Shown here: positions 1 to 12,000 of the stretch, in pieces | Layout of the letters: each line of letters starts with the position of its first letter | How positions within the stretch are numbered: the first letter of the stretch is position 1 | Source of the DNA: an uncultured virus (IMG/VR IMGVR_UViG_3300031646_000001) | Taxonomy: Duplodnaviria; Heunggongvirae; Uroviricota; Caudoviricetes | Virus record (IMG/VR): IMGVR_UViG_3300031646_000001 | Length of the DNA stretch: 64,000 nt | Direction: 5' to 3' (one strand) | Notes under the pieces: generated by a model | What the model saw: only the letters and a program-made list of their open reading frames with translations | The model's database searches: none | What the model was told of the DNA's origin: nothing | Made by a program: the position numbers and the translations under genes

Positions 1-3000
1 GTCGTTATCAAATGTAACTTCAAATGTATCACCAATTTTTGTTGTTGGTGTTATTAGTGTTCCAACTATTGTTGGAACCGCTTGGCCTGTAATATTAACT
101 ATTGCTGTTGTTATCGAGCCGTCTATCCGTTCAATAATCTCAGGTTTTAATCCGCTATCAACTAATTTATGTACAGAGAATTCATTATTTGGGCCTCTTG
201 CAATATGTGCAGTTGAACCTACTGTTGGTTCAGTTGTTGCATTAACATTAGTATTTAAACCTGCTAATGTAGTATTGTCATATGCTCGATATGTAATATC
301 ATCTTTATGTACATATCCCGCAGTTGGTAATGCAGTTATTTCTGTAGTACCAATAGTATTCTTTGGCCAAACTTCCATTACTGGTGTTTTTGGCTTTCGT
401 AACCACCGCGTATCGTTTGTATGGTTAAGTTGTATAACATCGTCATTTAATGAATCAACCGATGTACTTTCATAAGTGAATTCAATCAATGGATTCTGTA
501 CCTTAACATCCGTTGCCTTAATTAATATTTCATTATCTGTGGTAATTCGTGTTGCACCAAAGTCACTTAGTTTAAGTGCAAACTCTTCATATAATGTAAG
601 TGCATCTTCATTAGTAATATTTGTATTACGAAGAAGACTTTTAATACTTTGGTTAGATCCTTTTTGTCGAATAAATCCTTTATAAAATTCATACGAAATA
701 TCATCATTGCCAGTAATGTTTGTTAAATAATCTCTTGGTTGATATCCTGTTAAATGTCTGGCCGAATCTCGTTGTGCTTTAGATACAACAGCATCAGTAG
801 TGTTATGAAATTTTCTATAATCATTAGCAACAGTATTAAAGTTTGGAAGAATAGTATCATTTTGAATAATATATCCACCAGACTCAACTTTACCGGTCCA
901 GTCATTTGTTTTAACAGCACTAAGTTTTAATTTTTCTTGGCGTAATCGAAACACTGGGTCATAAATTAAATCATTAAATCCTGTTTTGTTTTCAAAAAAC
1001 ATAACGTGTTCAGATTTGAACGTATTAACTTTTAATCCATAGATACCTATTCCAGATACTGTGCTAACTGAAAATGTATCTGCTTCTCTTTTAATATTTA
1101 AATTAGAAGCAGGAATATAGCCACCATTTTTATCAAGAATAGAATAAGTTCCATTAATAATTTCGTTGATGCTACTAATGCGTCCAAGTGATGTTGAATC
1201 TAATTTAATTTTATGTGCTGATGGACTTAATGCAATAAACGCTCCATCATCCCAGGTTGTTAATTGAGCCCAAAATATAAATTCTTTACCAGCGTGTTTC
1301 CAATCTAAAATAGTTTCTGCATCAATGTCCCACTCATCAAATATAAATCCAACCGCAGTTAAATATCGTTGATAACTAATTAAGAAATCAAACACCTCTT
1401 GTACATTGCTAAATTCAAATCCGTATTCAACTTCGGCAACTACATCATAATGTGTAGTATATTCTTCTACTCGAACTTCTTCAGTATCAACTGAATTGCT
1501 AGGGCCAGTAGTAACACTTGGTATAATTCTAAATACGGGATTAAATGGATCATATCCAAATACTTTATATCCCGTACTTGTAACTTCGATAATTACTCCA
1601 CTATATGATCTAACGCCTTCGCTGGCACTATTATAAATTGCAACAGATTTATCTTCTATTGGAATAAAAATACTATCCGAATCCCGTGTAGTGCTATACG
1701 AATCTGCTTGTATAGTAATGTTATTATTACTAATAAAGCCACCTGTTTTATAACCAAGATTTACTCCGGCTGTTTTTATGTCATTAGCAAAGCCAACATC
1801 ATAACTTATTCCTTGATCTAATAATAAATTATAAATCCATTGCTGATATCCAAAAACATATTCTTTTGTTGTGCTAGTATCAGTAAGTCCTAATTGATGA
1901 AATCTTAGTTCACTAATTTTCTTTCTTTTACTTGTATCCTCAAATAAAATTTGTGCCTTTTGTGCTTTGGCCCTTTTTAAATTTAATGTATCCCAATTCT
2001 TAGTTGCCCATTCTGCTGGGCGAGTTAAGAATGCTAATTTATTAATAATAAATGGCCATACAGGGTTTAATCTTATACTAAATTCTGCAGGCCCATAATC
2101 GCCGTTGCGCCATGGGTCATCTCTATGTGGGCCATATGGAACAGTATATCCTGATGCAGTAATTTGTACTGCTGGATCGCCAAAAATGCCTGATTGTACT
2201 GGATCTTTAAGTGTACCATATCCATCAACGGGAATATAATTACTTAAACCTGTTCGCTTAAATGGGTTATTAGTTAAGTAACTACTATCTGTAAAGTTTT
2301 CTCTAGCACCTGCTCTAATAATACCATTCTCTAAATCAGACCATAATGCAGTGTTGGTTTCAAGTGTAGTACCATATTGTGCATCCCACCACGATGGTTT
2401 AGAAGCAAAACCAAGCATCTCCCATGGGTGTGTATGTGGTCTATGTGTATCATAATAATACAAATAAATTCCACGCCATGCACCGGGTACTTCTTTGCCG
2501 TCTCTATCTGCTTCAGTAGCATAATTCCAAGTAAATGGTGAACTGCCATCATAGTCACGATGTGTAAATGTATCAACTTTGTTTTCAACACTCCAACGTT
2601 GATATATTGGTTCCATTATTCTATTATATTCAAATAAACTATAATCATTATCTCTAAATTTGCCTGGAACATATTCGTATTGATTTAGTTCTGGCATATA
2701 ATCCTCAGAAATAAATTTGTCTGGAATAGCATTATAAATTCTTTTTTCAAGTTCTAATAAACAGTCATCCTTGTAATCACCATACATTAAAGTACGAGAT
2801 CCATCATGGCCGACTATAAAGTTTTTAGTGCCATTAAAATATGTATTATCACCTTCGGCTTTTGGACGATATACTTGATACATTCCCAACATACTTGGTG
2901 TTGACGGAACAAAAGAATTTTGTATATTTTCAAATTCTCGTATTTGAATTTTATCATCTTTTTGTACACCATCTGTAAAAATAATACGTGTAACTGTAGT

Positions 3001-6000
3001 ACCAGAACTAGTAATGGTTGTAGCAAATTTATAATCAGATACTTGATTTAGTAAACTATAATTAGTTTCAATATTATTCTTTTTGTATATGTAAATAATT
3101 TTTGTACGATCATTAACACCTGTGATTGATAACAATGATGATAAATCAATATGATCAGCATTAAATGGTACAGTTACATCTGTTTTTATAAAGTTATCTC
3201 CAAATGCAAATGCTTTTGTTTCTTGAAATACTTTTAAATTACTTCTTGTTGAATACATATCCAGTAGGATAGTATCTACAAATACATCTATAGGTGTAGT
3301 TAAATGCTTTGTTACTAAAAATTCTGCTCTTTGTAAAAATTTATTTTTAAAATTTACATATTGTCGTTGATTAAATCTTATCGAATCTAAAATATGAAAC
3401 GATTCATGATTAGCAAGTAACCCCATAAGAGGTAACATAGAACTTTCATGTTGTAGTATTTTTAATCCTAAACTCAAATCTTTTTTGCTGTCTCGATAAT
3501 TATTATTTCCATATGCAATACCAGAAAAATCAGATTGATTTTGAATAATCGATGTAAAATGTTCTTGTAGTTCACTCGAACTTGCAGAGGTTATATCATT
3601 ATTATCGGGATTTGCTTCCAATGAATCCGGAATTTCAAAATAATGTACATCATTGAGATTAACAGCATCTTTAGTAAATGATTTTACTTCAATTAATTGG
3701 TCTTTGCTTAATATTTTATTAGTTGTAAATGTTAATGTATTATCACTAATATTATAATCATATGCTGTCGATGTTGTTGATTGCTTTGCTAGATCACCGT
3801 CAACTGTAACTATTACATCTGCTGGACTATTTGTTACAGGTGTAGTTTGTAAAATATATTCTTGTGTACCGTCGACATCTGACTTGTATTTTTCAATAAC
3901 CCTTTGCTTATTAAATACATTAGTAGGATTCCAACTATTATTAAAATTATCAATTTTCCGTGTTTCAGGCGGAATTTTAAATTTAACTTCTGTCCAGCCA
4001 TCTGTTTGCCACGTCATATCTTTACCACTGTAAAGAATACCATCACTAATTGTTACATAATCACCATGATTGATTGTAGTTGTTAAGTTTAATAATACTC
4101 GGCTGATACCGTTTGAGGTATCAATATTAATTGTATAAATTCCTGTTTGGCCTTCAAGTAATGCTAAATCTACTTGCTCGGCCCACGCTATTTCGGCAGG
4201 CGTGTCATCATCCCATTCGTCAATATCCCACCTTGCTGAAGTATAATTTTCTGCGTTGTTGATTAAAATAATTTTTTTACCATCATATGATGCTATGTCA
4301 TCAAATTCTGCTATTTGACTTGATAAGTTTCCATGTATATTATTATAACTTAATGTATCTTCGACTAAATCAACATTTTCGATAAATGTTACATCACCAA
4401 TGTCTCTGTTTAAATTATATTGGTTATAATATTTGTAACCAAAAATGTCATATTTACTTGATGTTCCCCAGGTAGTTGTGTCTTCTAAATTATTTTGGAA
4501 AACAATATCAGCAACCTGGCCAAATTCTTTGTATTCTAATGCTTTACCTATAACCACATCAGCAGTACCGGTTGACATTTTATAACTAAAAATAGGGTTT
4601 CCTGTAAAATCACTACTCGGATATATGCCAATATCGTCTAACTTAATTGTATTTAAATCATATAATTGGAATAATGGCTCATCATTTTGTGCAGTCTTAC
4701 TTTGACTTAAAATCCAATCGGAGCCAGTCCAATGATATTCTAAACCTTTTCGTTCATCGCCCTCTGTAACAAGGATTTTTTGTTTTGTTAAAATACTTTT
4801 TATTTCTACAAGCGTACATACACCTGATGTTACTGTAGCCCTATAAATTTTTCCTAACTGATCGGCACCAGAGCCGGAATCGATATCCCATGGCTTTGAA
4901 TCCCATTGTCCTTCGGTTGCGCCCGAAGTTGCATTAACAATTTTCTCGCCGTCCCATTTAATAAAAGTTAACAAGTTAGTTGAATTTAAAAAGATAATTG
5001 TATCATCGGTTGCAATAGTAATTCCGTCAATTGTAACATTAGATGCATTATGAACAATGTCATATGTTTGATCGGCCGCAAAGTTTACAATGCCAGCACT
5101 TTCGATACCATAATTATATAGTTCTAGATCATTATCAAATTCAATAATTGGGCGAACGGCCTTACGAGCAGAATCTAATGCAAATTCTGTTGCTTTTTGT
5201 GTAACAGTTGAATCCCACGATACTTCGTCCCAGACATCGCCTGTTTTGTCCCATGGATTATCAACAATATCATTATATGTAACTCCGGTCGAAATACCAG
5301 TACCTCTTAATAATACATCTTTATGGTACCAACCATTTGTGCGACTCCATGGATTTGTATCTACAGCGCCTCGTTCAATAGTTATATAATCTATTTTATC
5401 AGTTATTAATGTTGGTGTATATGCCCGTGTATCATTAAGCACTGGTGATGTTATGTCTAGTAAATCGATACTTGTACCAACTCCTGTTACAATATAATCT
5501 TTATTAAGATATCCTTGTGGAGAAATATTACTACCAGTAAATCTAACTTTTAATCCATTAGTAAATTTTACCTCATTATATGATGTAAATGATGTTTTGC
5601 CAATTATATCAGATACAATATTAAGATTTGTACTGCCTTGTATAATATCAAATCTAATAAGTTCTGCTGGTTCGTACCAATAATAATTTTCATAGTTAAT
5701 AAATTTATCTATGTCAATTGGCGGTGCCCACGAATATGCTTTAGATTTAAATAATCTATTATGATTGTCAACATTGCTTCCTTCAACTGCTAATGTTTTA
5801 ATCGTATCATCATAAAACAATGCATTTGTAATTTCTGCTGTGTCAATATCTTTTGTTGTTAATACCGGTTCTAATTGATAGTTTTGTCTAGTATAATCAA
5901 TTTCTGGTAAGAAAAAATCTTGATCAGGTTTGAAAGATTTTGGATCTTTTCTTCCAATATAACCAGTTACTTTTGATGTGTTATCATCTGAAAACCATTG

Positions 6001-6081
6001 GTCAATTGTACTCTGGAAAAATTTATCCAGGGTATTAGTTTGCAGTATCTGTGGTAATTTTTTAAATGTTCTTTCTGTCAT
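1..6081 (-). CDS. Very large virion/baseplate structural protein (>2027 aa, truncated by window start; absent from ORF track)
   Basis: ATG at 6081-6079 lies 1 nt past the gp6-like stop and reads MTERTFKKLPQILQTNTLDKFFQSTIDQWF...GYIGRK...RQNYQLEP. The same frame reads sensibly at spot-checked positions down to base 1 (...DTFEVTFDND). Its position after gp6 suggests a wedge (gp7-like) protein. Confidence 0.8.
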   Translation of the reverse strand, partial: MTERTFKKLPQILQTNTLDKFFQSTIDQWFSDDNTSKVTGYIGRKDPKSFKPDQDFFLPEIDYTRQNYQLEPVLTTKDIDTAEITNALFYDDTIKTLAVEGSNVDNHNRLFKSKAYSWAPPIDIDKFINYENYYWYEPAELIRFDIIQGSTNLNIVSDIIGKTSFTSYNEVKFTNGLKVRFTGSNISPQGYLNKDYIVTGVGTSIDLLDITSPVLNDTRAYTPTLITDKIDYITIERGAVDTNPWSRTNGWYHKDVLLRGTGISTGVTYNDIVDNPWDKTGDVWDEVSWDSTVTQKATEFALDSARKAVRPIIEFDNDLELYNYGIESAGIVNFAADQTYDIVHNASNVTIDGITIATDDTIIFLNSTNLLTFIKWDGEKIVNATSGATEGQWDSKPWDIDSGSGADQLGKIYRATVTSGVCTLVEIKSILTKQKILVTEGDERKGLEYHWTGSDWILSQSKTAQNDEPLFQLYDLNTIKLDDIGIYPSSDFTGNPIFSYKMSTGTADVVIGKALEYKEFGQVADIVFQNNLEDTTTWGTSSKYDIFGYKYYNQYNLNRDIGDVTFIENVDLVEDTLSYNNIHGNLSSQIAEFDDIASYDGKKIILINNAENYTSARWDIDEWDDDTPAEIAWAEQVDLALLEGQTGIYTINIDTSNGISRVLLNLTTTINHGDYVTISDGILYSGKDMTWQTDGWTEVKFKIPPETRKIDNFNNSWNPTNVFNKQRVIEKYKSDVDGTQEYILQTTPVTNSPADVIVTVDGDLAKQSTTSTAYDYNISDNTLTFTTNKILSKDQLIEVKSFTKDAVNLNDVHYFEIPDSLEANPDNNDITSASSSELQEHFTSIIQNQSDFSGIAYGNNNYRDSKKDLSLGLKILQHESSMLPLMGLLANHESFHILDSIRFNQRQYVNFKNKFLQRAEFLVTKHLTTPIDVFVDTILLDMYSTRSNLKVFQETKAFAFGDNFIKTDVTVPFNADHIDLSSLLSITGVNDRTKIIYIYKKNNIETNYSLLNQVSDYKFATTITSSGTTVTRIIFTDGVQKDDKIQIREFENIQNSFVPSTPSMLGMYQVYRPKAEGDNTYFNGTKNFIVGHDGSRTLMYGDYKDDCLLELEKRIYNAIPDKFISEDYMPELNQYEYVPGKFRDNDYSLFEYNRIMEPIYQRWSVENKVDTFTHRDYDGSSPFTWNYATEADRDGKEVPGAWRGIYLYYYDTHRPHTHPWEMLGFASKPSWWDAQYGTTLETNTALWSDLENGIIRAGARENFTDSSYLTNNPFKRTGLSNYIPVDGYGTLKDPVQSGIFGDPAVQITASGYTVPYGPHRDDPWRNGDYGPAEFSIRLNPVWPFIINKLAFLTRPAEWATKNWDTLNLKRAKAQKAQILFEDTSKRKKISELRFHQLGLTDTSTTKEYVFGYQQWIYNLLLDQGISYDVGFANDIKTAGVNLGYKTGGFISNNNITIQADSYSTTRDSDSIFIPIEDKSVAIYNSASEGVRSYSGVIIEVTSTGYKVFGYDPFNPVFRIIPSVTTGPSNSVDTEEVRVEEYTTHYDVVAEVEYGFEFSNVQEVFDFLISYQRYLTAVGFIFDEWDIDAETILDWKHAGKEFIFWAQLTTWDDGAFIALSPSAHKIKLDSTSLGRISSINEIINGTYSILDKNGGYIPASNLNIKREADTFSVSTVSGIGIYGLKVNTFKSEHVMFFENKTGFNDLIYDPVFRLRQEKLKLSAVKTNDWTGKVESGGYIIQNDTILPNFNTVANDYRKFHNTTDAVVSKAQRDSARHLTGYQPRDYLTNITGNDDISYEFYKGFIRQKGSNQSIKSLLRNTNITNEDALTLYEEFALKLSDFGATRITTDNEILIKATDVKVQNPLIEFTYESTSVDSLNDDVIQLNHTNDTRWLRKPKTPVMEVWPKNTIGTTEITALPTAGYVHKDDITYRAYDNTTLAGLNTNVNATTEPTVGSTAHIARGPNNEFSVHKLVDSGLKPEIIERIDGSITTAIVNITGQAVPTIVGTLITPTTKIGDTFEVTFDND

Positions 6082-6082
6082 A

Positions 6083-9000
6083 TTATCTAATCTTTAAATT
6101 CTGTTCTGTAAATCCTTTAACAACGTCGATATCAGTTACTTTTGCAACTGGTAAAAATAGTTCGTCAACTTCTGCTTTAACTTGGAATAGGTTACCAAAG
6201 TTACTTTCACTGTTTGTTGGCACTAATGCAACACTACTAATATTTGTTGGCATTGATTGATGTATAAATGCCGCAAGTTCTGTATAATAAAAACTCTCTC
6301 CCATGTCCCAATTATTAAGTAAAAAGAATCTATTAATTGCTTCAATAACTTGGCTCTTTACTTCGTTGTCACTTATGTCAGATCCAAGTGTTTTAATAAC
6401 TTTAAATGTTGCTTGTAGTTCGGTTATAGCCATTGAACCGAACAGTAATTTAAATTTCACTGGTCGGTAAATAATTTGATCACTAATACTTTTATAGTTA
6501 TTTAAATTATTAAACGAAATTGATAACTCAGTATTAGTTGGTGGAGCAGGAAATTCTACTAGTGTTTTATTATTTGCCTTCCACGAAAGAACGTTATCAT
6601 AATATGTTTTCGTTAATATAAAGATATCTATTAAGTTTGTTACGCTTGGATCAACTCGTTGATCGGTTGGAGCATAATGTTTCCATTGGAAGAATATTTT
6701 TTCTTCTGTGCTATTAGCAATTGTACTATCAGACGAATTAACTTTTGGTGTATTATATCCGCTTCTTCCAATAAATGCTGATAGTTTTAAAGTTCCATCA
6801 GTAGCATTTGTTAATGTAGTTAAACCATATGGCGTTACCGAAGCAATTTTCTTAAACACTTTTAAGTCTGTTCTGTAAATATATTTTCCAGCGTATGTAG
6901 AAGCATTTTGGATAATAACATTTTCTTCTGCTTGTGTATCTGCTTGTAGTACGTTTCGTGAAAGTTTATAATATGTATATCCGTCAAAGTCCGTATAAGT
7001 TTCTTCAAACAAATATCTTGCTACATCAACAAACTTGTCGAAACTTAAAGGATCATCTGGAATACCGTCGCCATCATTGTCGTGAAATGTAACTAATACT
7101 TTACGAGGATCTTGATAACCATCCGAATACGTTAACAATTTTGAAAGATTAAATTTAATATCTGTTTCTAAATTCTGATTTAATTTGATTACCGGTGTTC
7201 CTATTGTTGTTACCGGAGAATCTCCAGTTGGTGTTGAAAATGATACCGTTGTATCGCTAGTATAACCGTTACCTGGATCGGTAATTTCAACATGACTAAC
7301 AAATCCATCGATATTAATAGTGCTTGCACCAGTACCATTGGTTGTTTCGGCATATGAAATAAGTGGACGTCCTGTATAACCAAATCCAGGATCAATAATA
7401 TCAACTGATCTAATCGACCCGCTATTTGCAATTGTGCAAACTGGAGCAGGTGTCCAACCAGTGCCGCCGTTGTTTATTATTACAGCAGTAACCGCGCCGC
7501 CTGTTATTGTTACTGTGCCGGTGCCGTTGATCCCTGTATTTCCTGAGAACGCAACTGTTGCCGAAGTATATCCCGAGCCGCCGCCTGTTATTGTTATTGT
7601 ATCAATTATACCAGATGCATTTACAGTACACGTTGCAGTTGCTAATGTACCATCGCCCGAAATTGTTACCAAGGGCCGTGAATAATATCCGTTACCTGTG
7701 TTTCCTATTACAATACCGGTAACATTACCGGTAGCATTAACTGTTGCTGTTCCTGTAGTTGATGTGCCGCCAATTGGTGCTGTAGTAAATATTACCGTTG
7801 GAGGACTTCCTTGTGTATATCCTGAACCAGTATTAATCATTGTAACTGCTGTGATACTACTATTAAGTGTAGTTGCTCGTGCTTGTGCAATTGTTGAATA
7901 TCCGCCTCCAGTAAATGTAATAATTGCTGGTAGGTCGACACTAGTATAGCCCGAACCAGAATTAGTAACAGTTATACCGGTAACTGTACCTTCTTGGGTT
8001 GCGGTGGCTGTTGCTTGGCGCGATACACATGGTGCTGTGCCAGCAGGCGGCGCACCGATAGTTATTGTTGGAAGTGATTGATAACCACCGCCGCCAGTAA
8101 GGGGACTTGGTGAAAATGCAATGGATATAACTTTCCAATTAAGATCGAACGTTGCGCCGAGGCCACCTAATACTGGTACAGCAATTCCACCAGCAGTTGT
8201 GATATAATCACCACCTGCAAGCAATGTTGCGCCAGTAATTGCGCCGCCGCCGTCAACTGTATTAACTGTTATTGTTGCCGCTGTACCGCCAGTGAAGTCT
8301 CCACCACTTACAGTAAGAACATTACCTGCTGTATATCCTGCGCCGCCGTTGTTTATTGTTACTGGCGCACAGAGAGTTGGTGTACCTGTGTCATCACCTA
8401 CTGCCATATGTGCGACGCCAATGGCTTGTGTACCAAGTGCCGTGCCACATGAAATTGTTGCTTTACCAGCAGTTGGTGTAATCCAAGTTATTGTTAAGTT
8501 ATTATCGTCAACAAATGTAATTGTAGGAGCATCATAATGCCCTCTAATATTATAATATTTTGTTGCATCTGGACTTGCAAATCCTGCCATCAATAATGCA
8601 CTACCTAGTTTTGCAATATCAACGTTGACATGCTTTTTACCAAGATTGTGTGTTATGTTCCAAATTCCTGCTGGTGTCCCAGTAGTAAAATTAAATCCTG
8701 TGCCAGTTGCACCATTATTACCAAGGTTATGTGTTACAACAACATAACCGGCTTTGGTAACATTGGCTGGAAACTTGATTTTACATTGTGTGGTGCTAGT
8801 ATATTCAATAATCGGATGATCAAATCTGCCCTGGGCACTTATATCTGTCGAACCCTCAGTATAAACAACATCAATATTTGGATATTGTTCTCCTAAGTTA
8901 TGATTAATAATCCATTCATTAGTACTTAATTGTGCTGGGCTAACAAATTTTGACTTAATAATATCAATATAACCAATTGTATTTGAGTCCCATGTAACTT

Positions 9001-12000
9001 TTAAATTATTCTCATCAATAAATTCAACTGTCGGCTGCGAGTAAATATGATCAATTGCTAAATCATTCCCTCCTGATGTAACAATAATTTCATAATTAAC
9101 ATACTTTTGATTTAATCCATGATTTACATTCCAAACTGTACCTGAAAAACCAGGAGAATTAACCGTAACATCGGGTGTTGTAATATAGCCTCCGCCTTGG
9201 TCGGTTATTGTAGCGCCTGTTAATGCAGTGTCAATTGTTGCATATCCTAATGCAGTTATGCCGCCGCCGGCCGGAGCAGGAAATGCTATTGTAGGTAGTG
9301 ATGTATATCCTGCACCCGAAGCAAATAACTCAATTCCAATATCAGATATAGTATCATCTGCAATTGTTGGCAATGCTGTTGCTGACTCAGATAAATTTGC
9401 TTTTAATCTAAGAGAGCGGCCGCCGGTTGCAGTATTTAATACCCCGGAATTGTTAATCATAATTTCATTTTGAATACCGTTCGAATCAACTGTAACACTA
9501 TCTAAATAAGTTAGTGCAGGATCAATTGGTGCATATTCTGAACCGCCAATACCACCTGAAAGAAAGTTCCACGAAAGTTGTGCTACTGCGGTGGCCGGAT
9601 CAATTTCGCCAGGCTGTTGAAATTCAACAACAGGTGATGATGTATAACCATTACCCGGTGTTAAAATATTAATTCTATCAATTTGTGATCGTTTATCACT
9701 ATTAATTTTTAAAAGAGAAATTACATCTCTTTTTGCTTGTCCTGTTTTTACATCAACTGTTTTAAATGCATTGTCAAAATAGAATCTAACGTCTTCTTCA
9801 CTTTCAAAAATATAACGCATTCCTCTTGTTGATAAAGAAAAGTTTGCACTAGTAAGTGATGTTGCTTCAACGTATTCTATTTTAATAATCCAACTATCAT
9901 CTTTATTGGTATTAGTGTTATCTTGTGCATTAACTAAACTAAATTCTGTTGCTGTAGATAAGTTATTAGGATTGATTACATAAAATGCTGAAGTTTTATA
10001 ATCATAACCAATACCAAATGTGTTTTTAAGATCAAGTTGTGTAAAAATTGCTGTTTGTTCGGTGGTGTTAAATAATTTTCGAAATTTTGGATAAACCCGT
10101 GTTAAAATATATCCATCTGGTATAGAAACATTTAATTCAATCGGTCCAGTTGTTAATCCTGTTGGATTTCCTGATACAGTTAAATTTTCAACTGTAGCAA
10201 ATAATGTTAAAGACCTTGCAGAGTTTTGAAATTCTAGTAATGATTTCTCAACAATAAATTTATTTTTTCCTGTGCCGCTTGTACCTACAGTTTGATAATT
10301 AGTTGCAATACTTGCTACGTCTTGTTTTACAAAATACCCTTTATTACCGTCGGTTGACGATGGTAAAGTAACCCATTGCATAACTTCACTGGTAGTGAAT
10401 CGCCATGCTGAACTGCCATCGGCTGTGTGTACTGCTTTTCGATAAACATCATAATAAAAATTAATAACGTCGTCCTCTGATAATTGAGGTTGAACATATC
10501 TTTGAATAATAGTATTAGATGTTGTTGAAGATGTAAGTTCAGCAACAACTTGAATGTTCTGTTCGTCTTTGTAAATAAACCCATCTTCGGCAAATACATT
10601 TAAATTTTGTACAGTGCCGGTTGGATCATTAATGTCAATAAACCTACTATGCCCTGCGTGTGTTCTATTAATGGCTTTGATTTTAATAATGTCTGAATTC
10701 TTATATAATGGATATGTGTTATAATCCTCACCATTAACCATTCGATCCTGTGTATAAAATACTTGAGGAGCATTTGTTTTAATTTCAGCATTTGTTTCAG
10801 TTGCTAAACTATTGCTAATACTTCCAACAAGTCCAAGTGTTATGCTTAAGATATGAGTGGTATTGTTTTTACCTATGTAAGGTACTTGAATTGTTTGTAA
10901 ACCAATATCTTCTGGACGGGCCGTTGTTGTCAGGTTTGCACTTTGCCTATACCATACTCGTGTAGTTCCTGACGGTGCATCGCCAAATGAGCCATCTGCA
11001 AATCGTAATGATATTTTATCATTAACAGCCGACGTAACTGCAAAAATCTTTCTTTTATTTTTAAGTAAACTATTATAAACTACACTAGTACCATTTACGC
11101 TAGGTACTTTAGTCCAACTATCAAGTATAGTACCGGTTGAATCAACAGTTTGACACCAAACATCAAAATTATTAATATTCTCTTTATTAATAAAGATTTC
11201 TCTATTTGGTTGTGGCAGATCTAATGCAAAATCATCGAATGATAATGCACCTTGTTTTAGGTACATAAAGAATCCAGTTTGACTACTGTTATTACCTAAG
11301 CCATCATTGATGTAAAACATACTTAATCCATTTGCAGGATTTGGTTCTATTTCTTTCATAAACATGCCGTCTTCGAATGTAGCATTAACTACTTCGAACG
11401 GAAAACTTGCACCGTTAACATCCCCATTTAAAGAATAAGTAACTGCTAGATTTTTAATAGCATCAATAGTATATACTTCAATTGGAACAGCATCTACAGT
11501 ACCTTTTTTAACTGGAGTACCATATGGGTTTTGTGCTAGGAATGCCGCATTAAGTATTAATGTTAATTGTTCTAAATAATCAACATTATTTGGATCATTC
11601 CAATTTATTACTAAATTTGATAAATCATTTCCTGCACTATCAATAATTTGTTCGTCGGTTGATACAGCGAAAATCTTTATGACGCCGGCCGCTGGAAGAT
11701 TTCTCTTTGGAGTATAATTTAACATTTTTGCTAAACGTCGAATACTTTCGGTGCGTTCAGCAGTATCTAAAAAGTTTTCTCTAGTATTTAAGTCTTGTCT
11801 AAATGCAATTGTTTGGCCCATATATGCAAGTAGTTCAATGATAGCAATAAATTCACTGCTTTCGATAAAGTCATTAAATTCTTCTGGAAAATGCCGTTGT
11901 AAATATTCAATCATCGCACGTTTAATCGTATCAAAATCATATGCAGTAAAGTTAATTTCACTGAATGTTCGATAAATTGTTCTAAAATCTTCTGCGGCGA

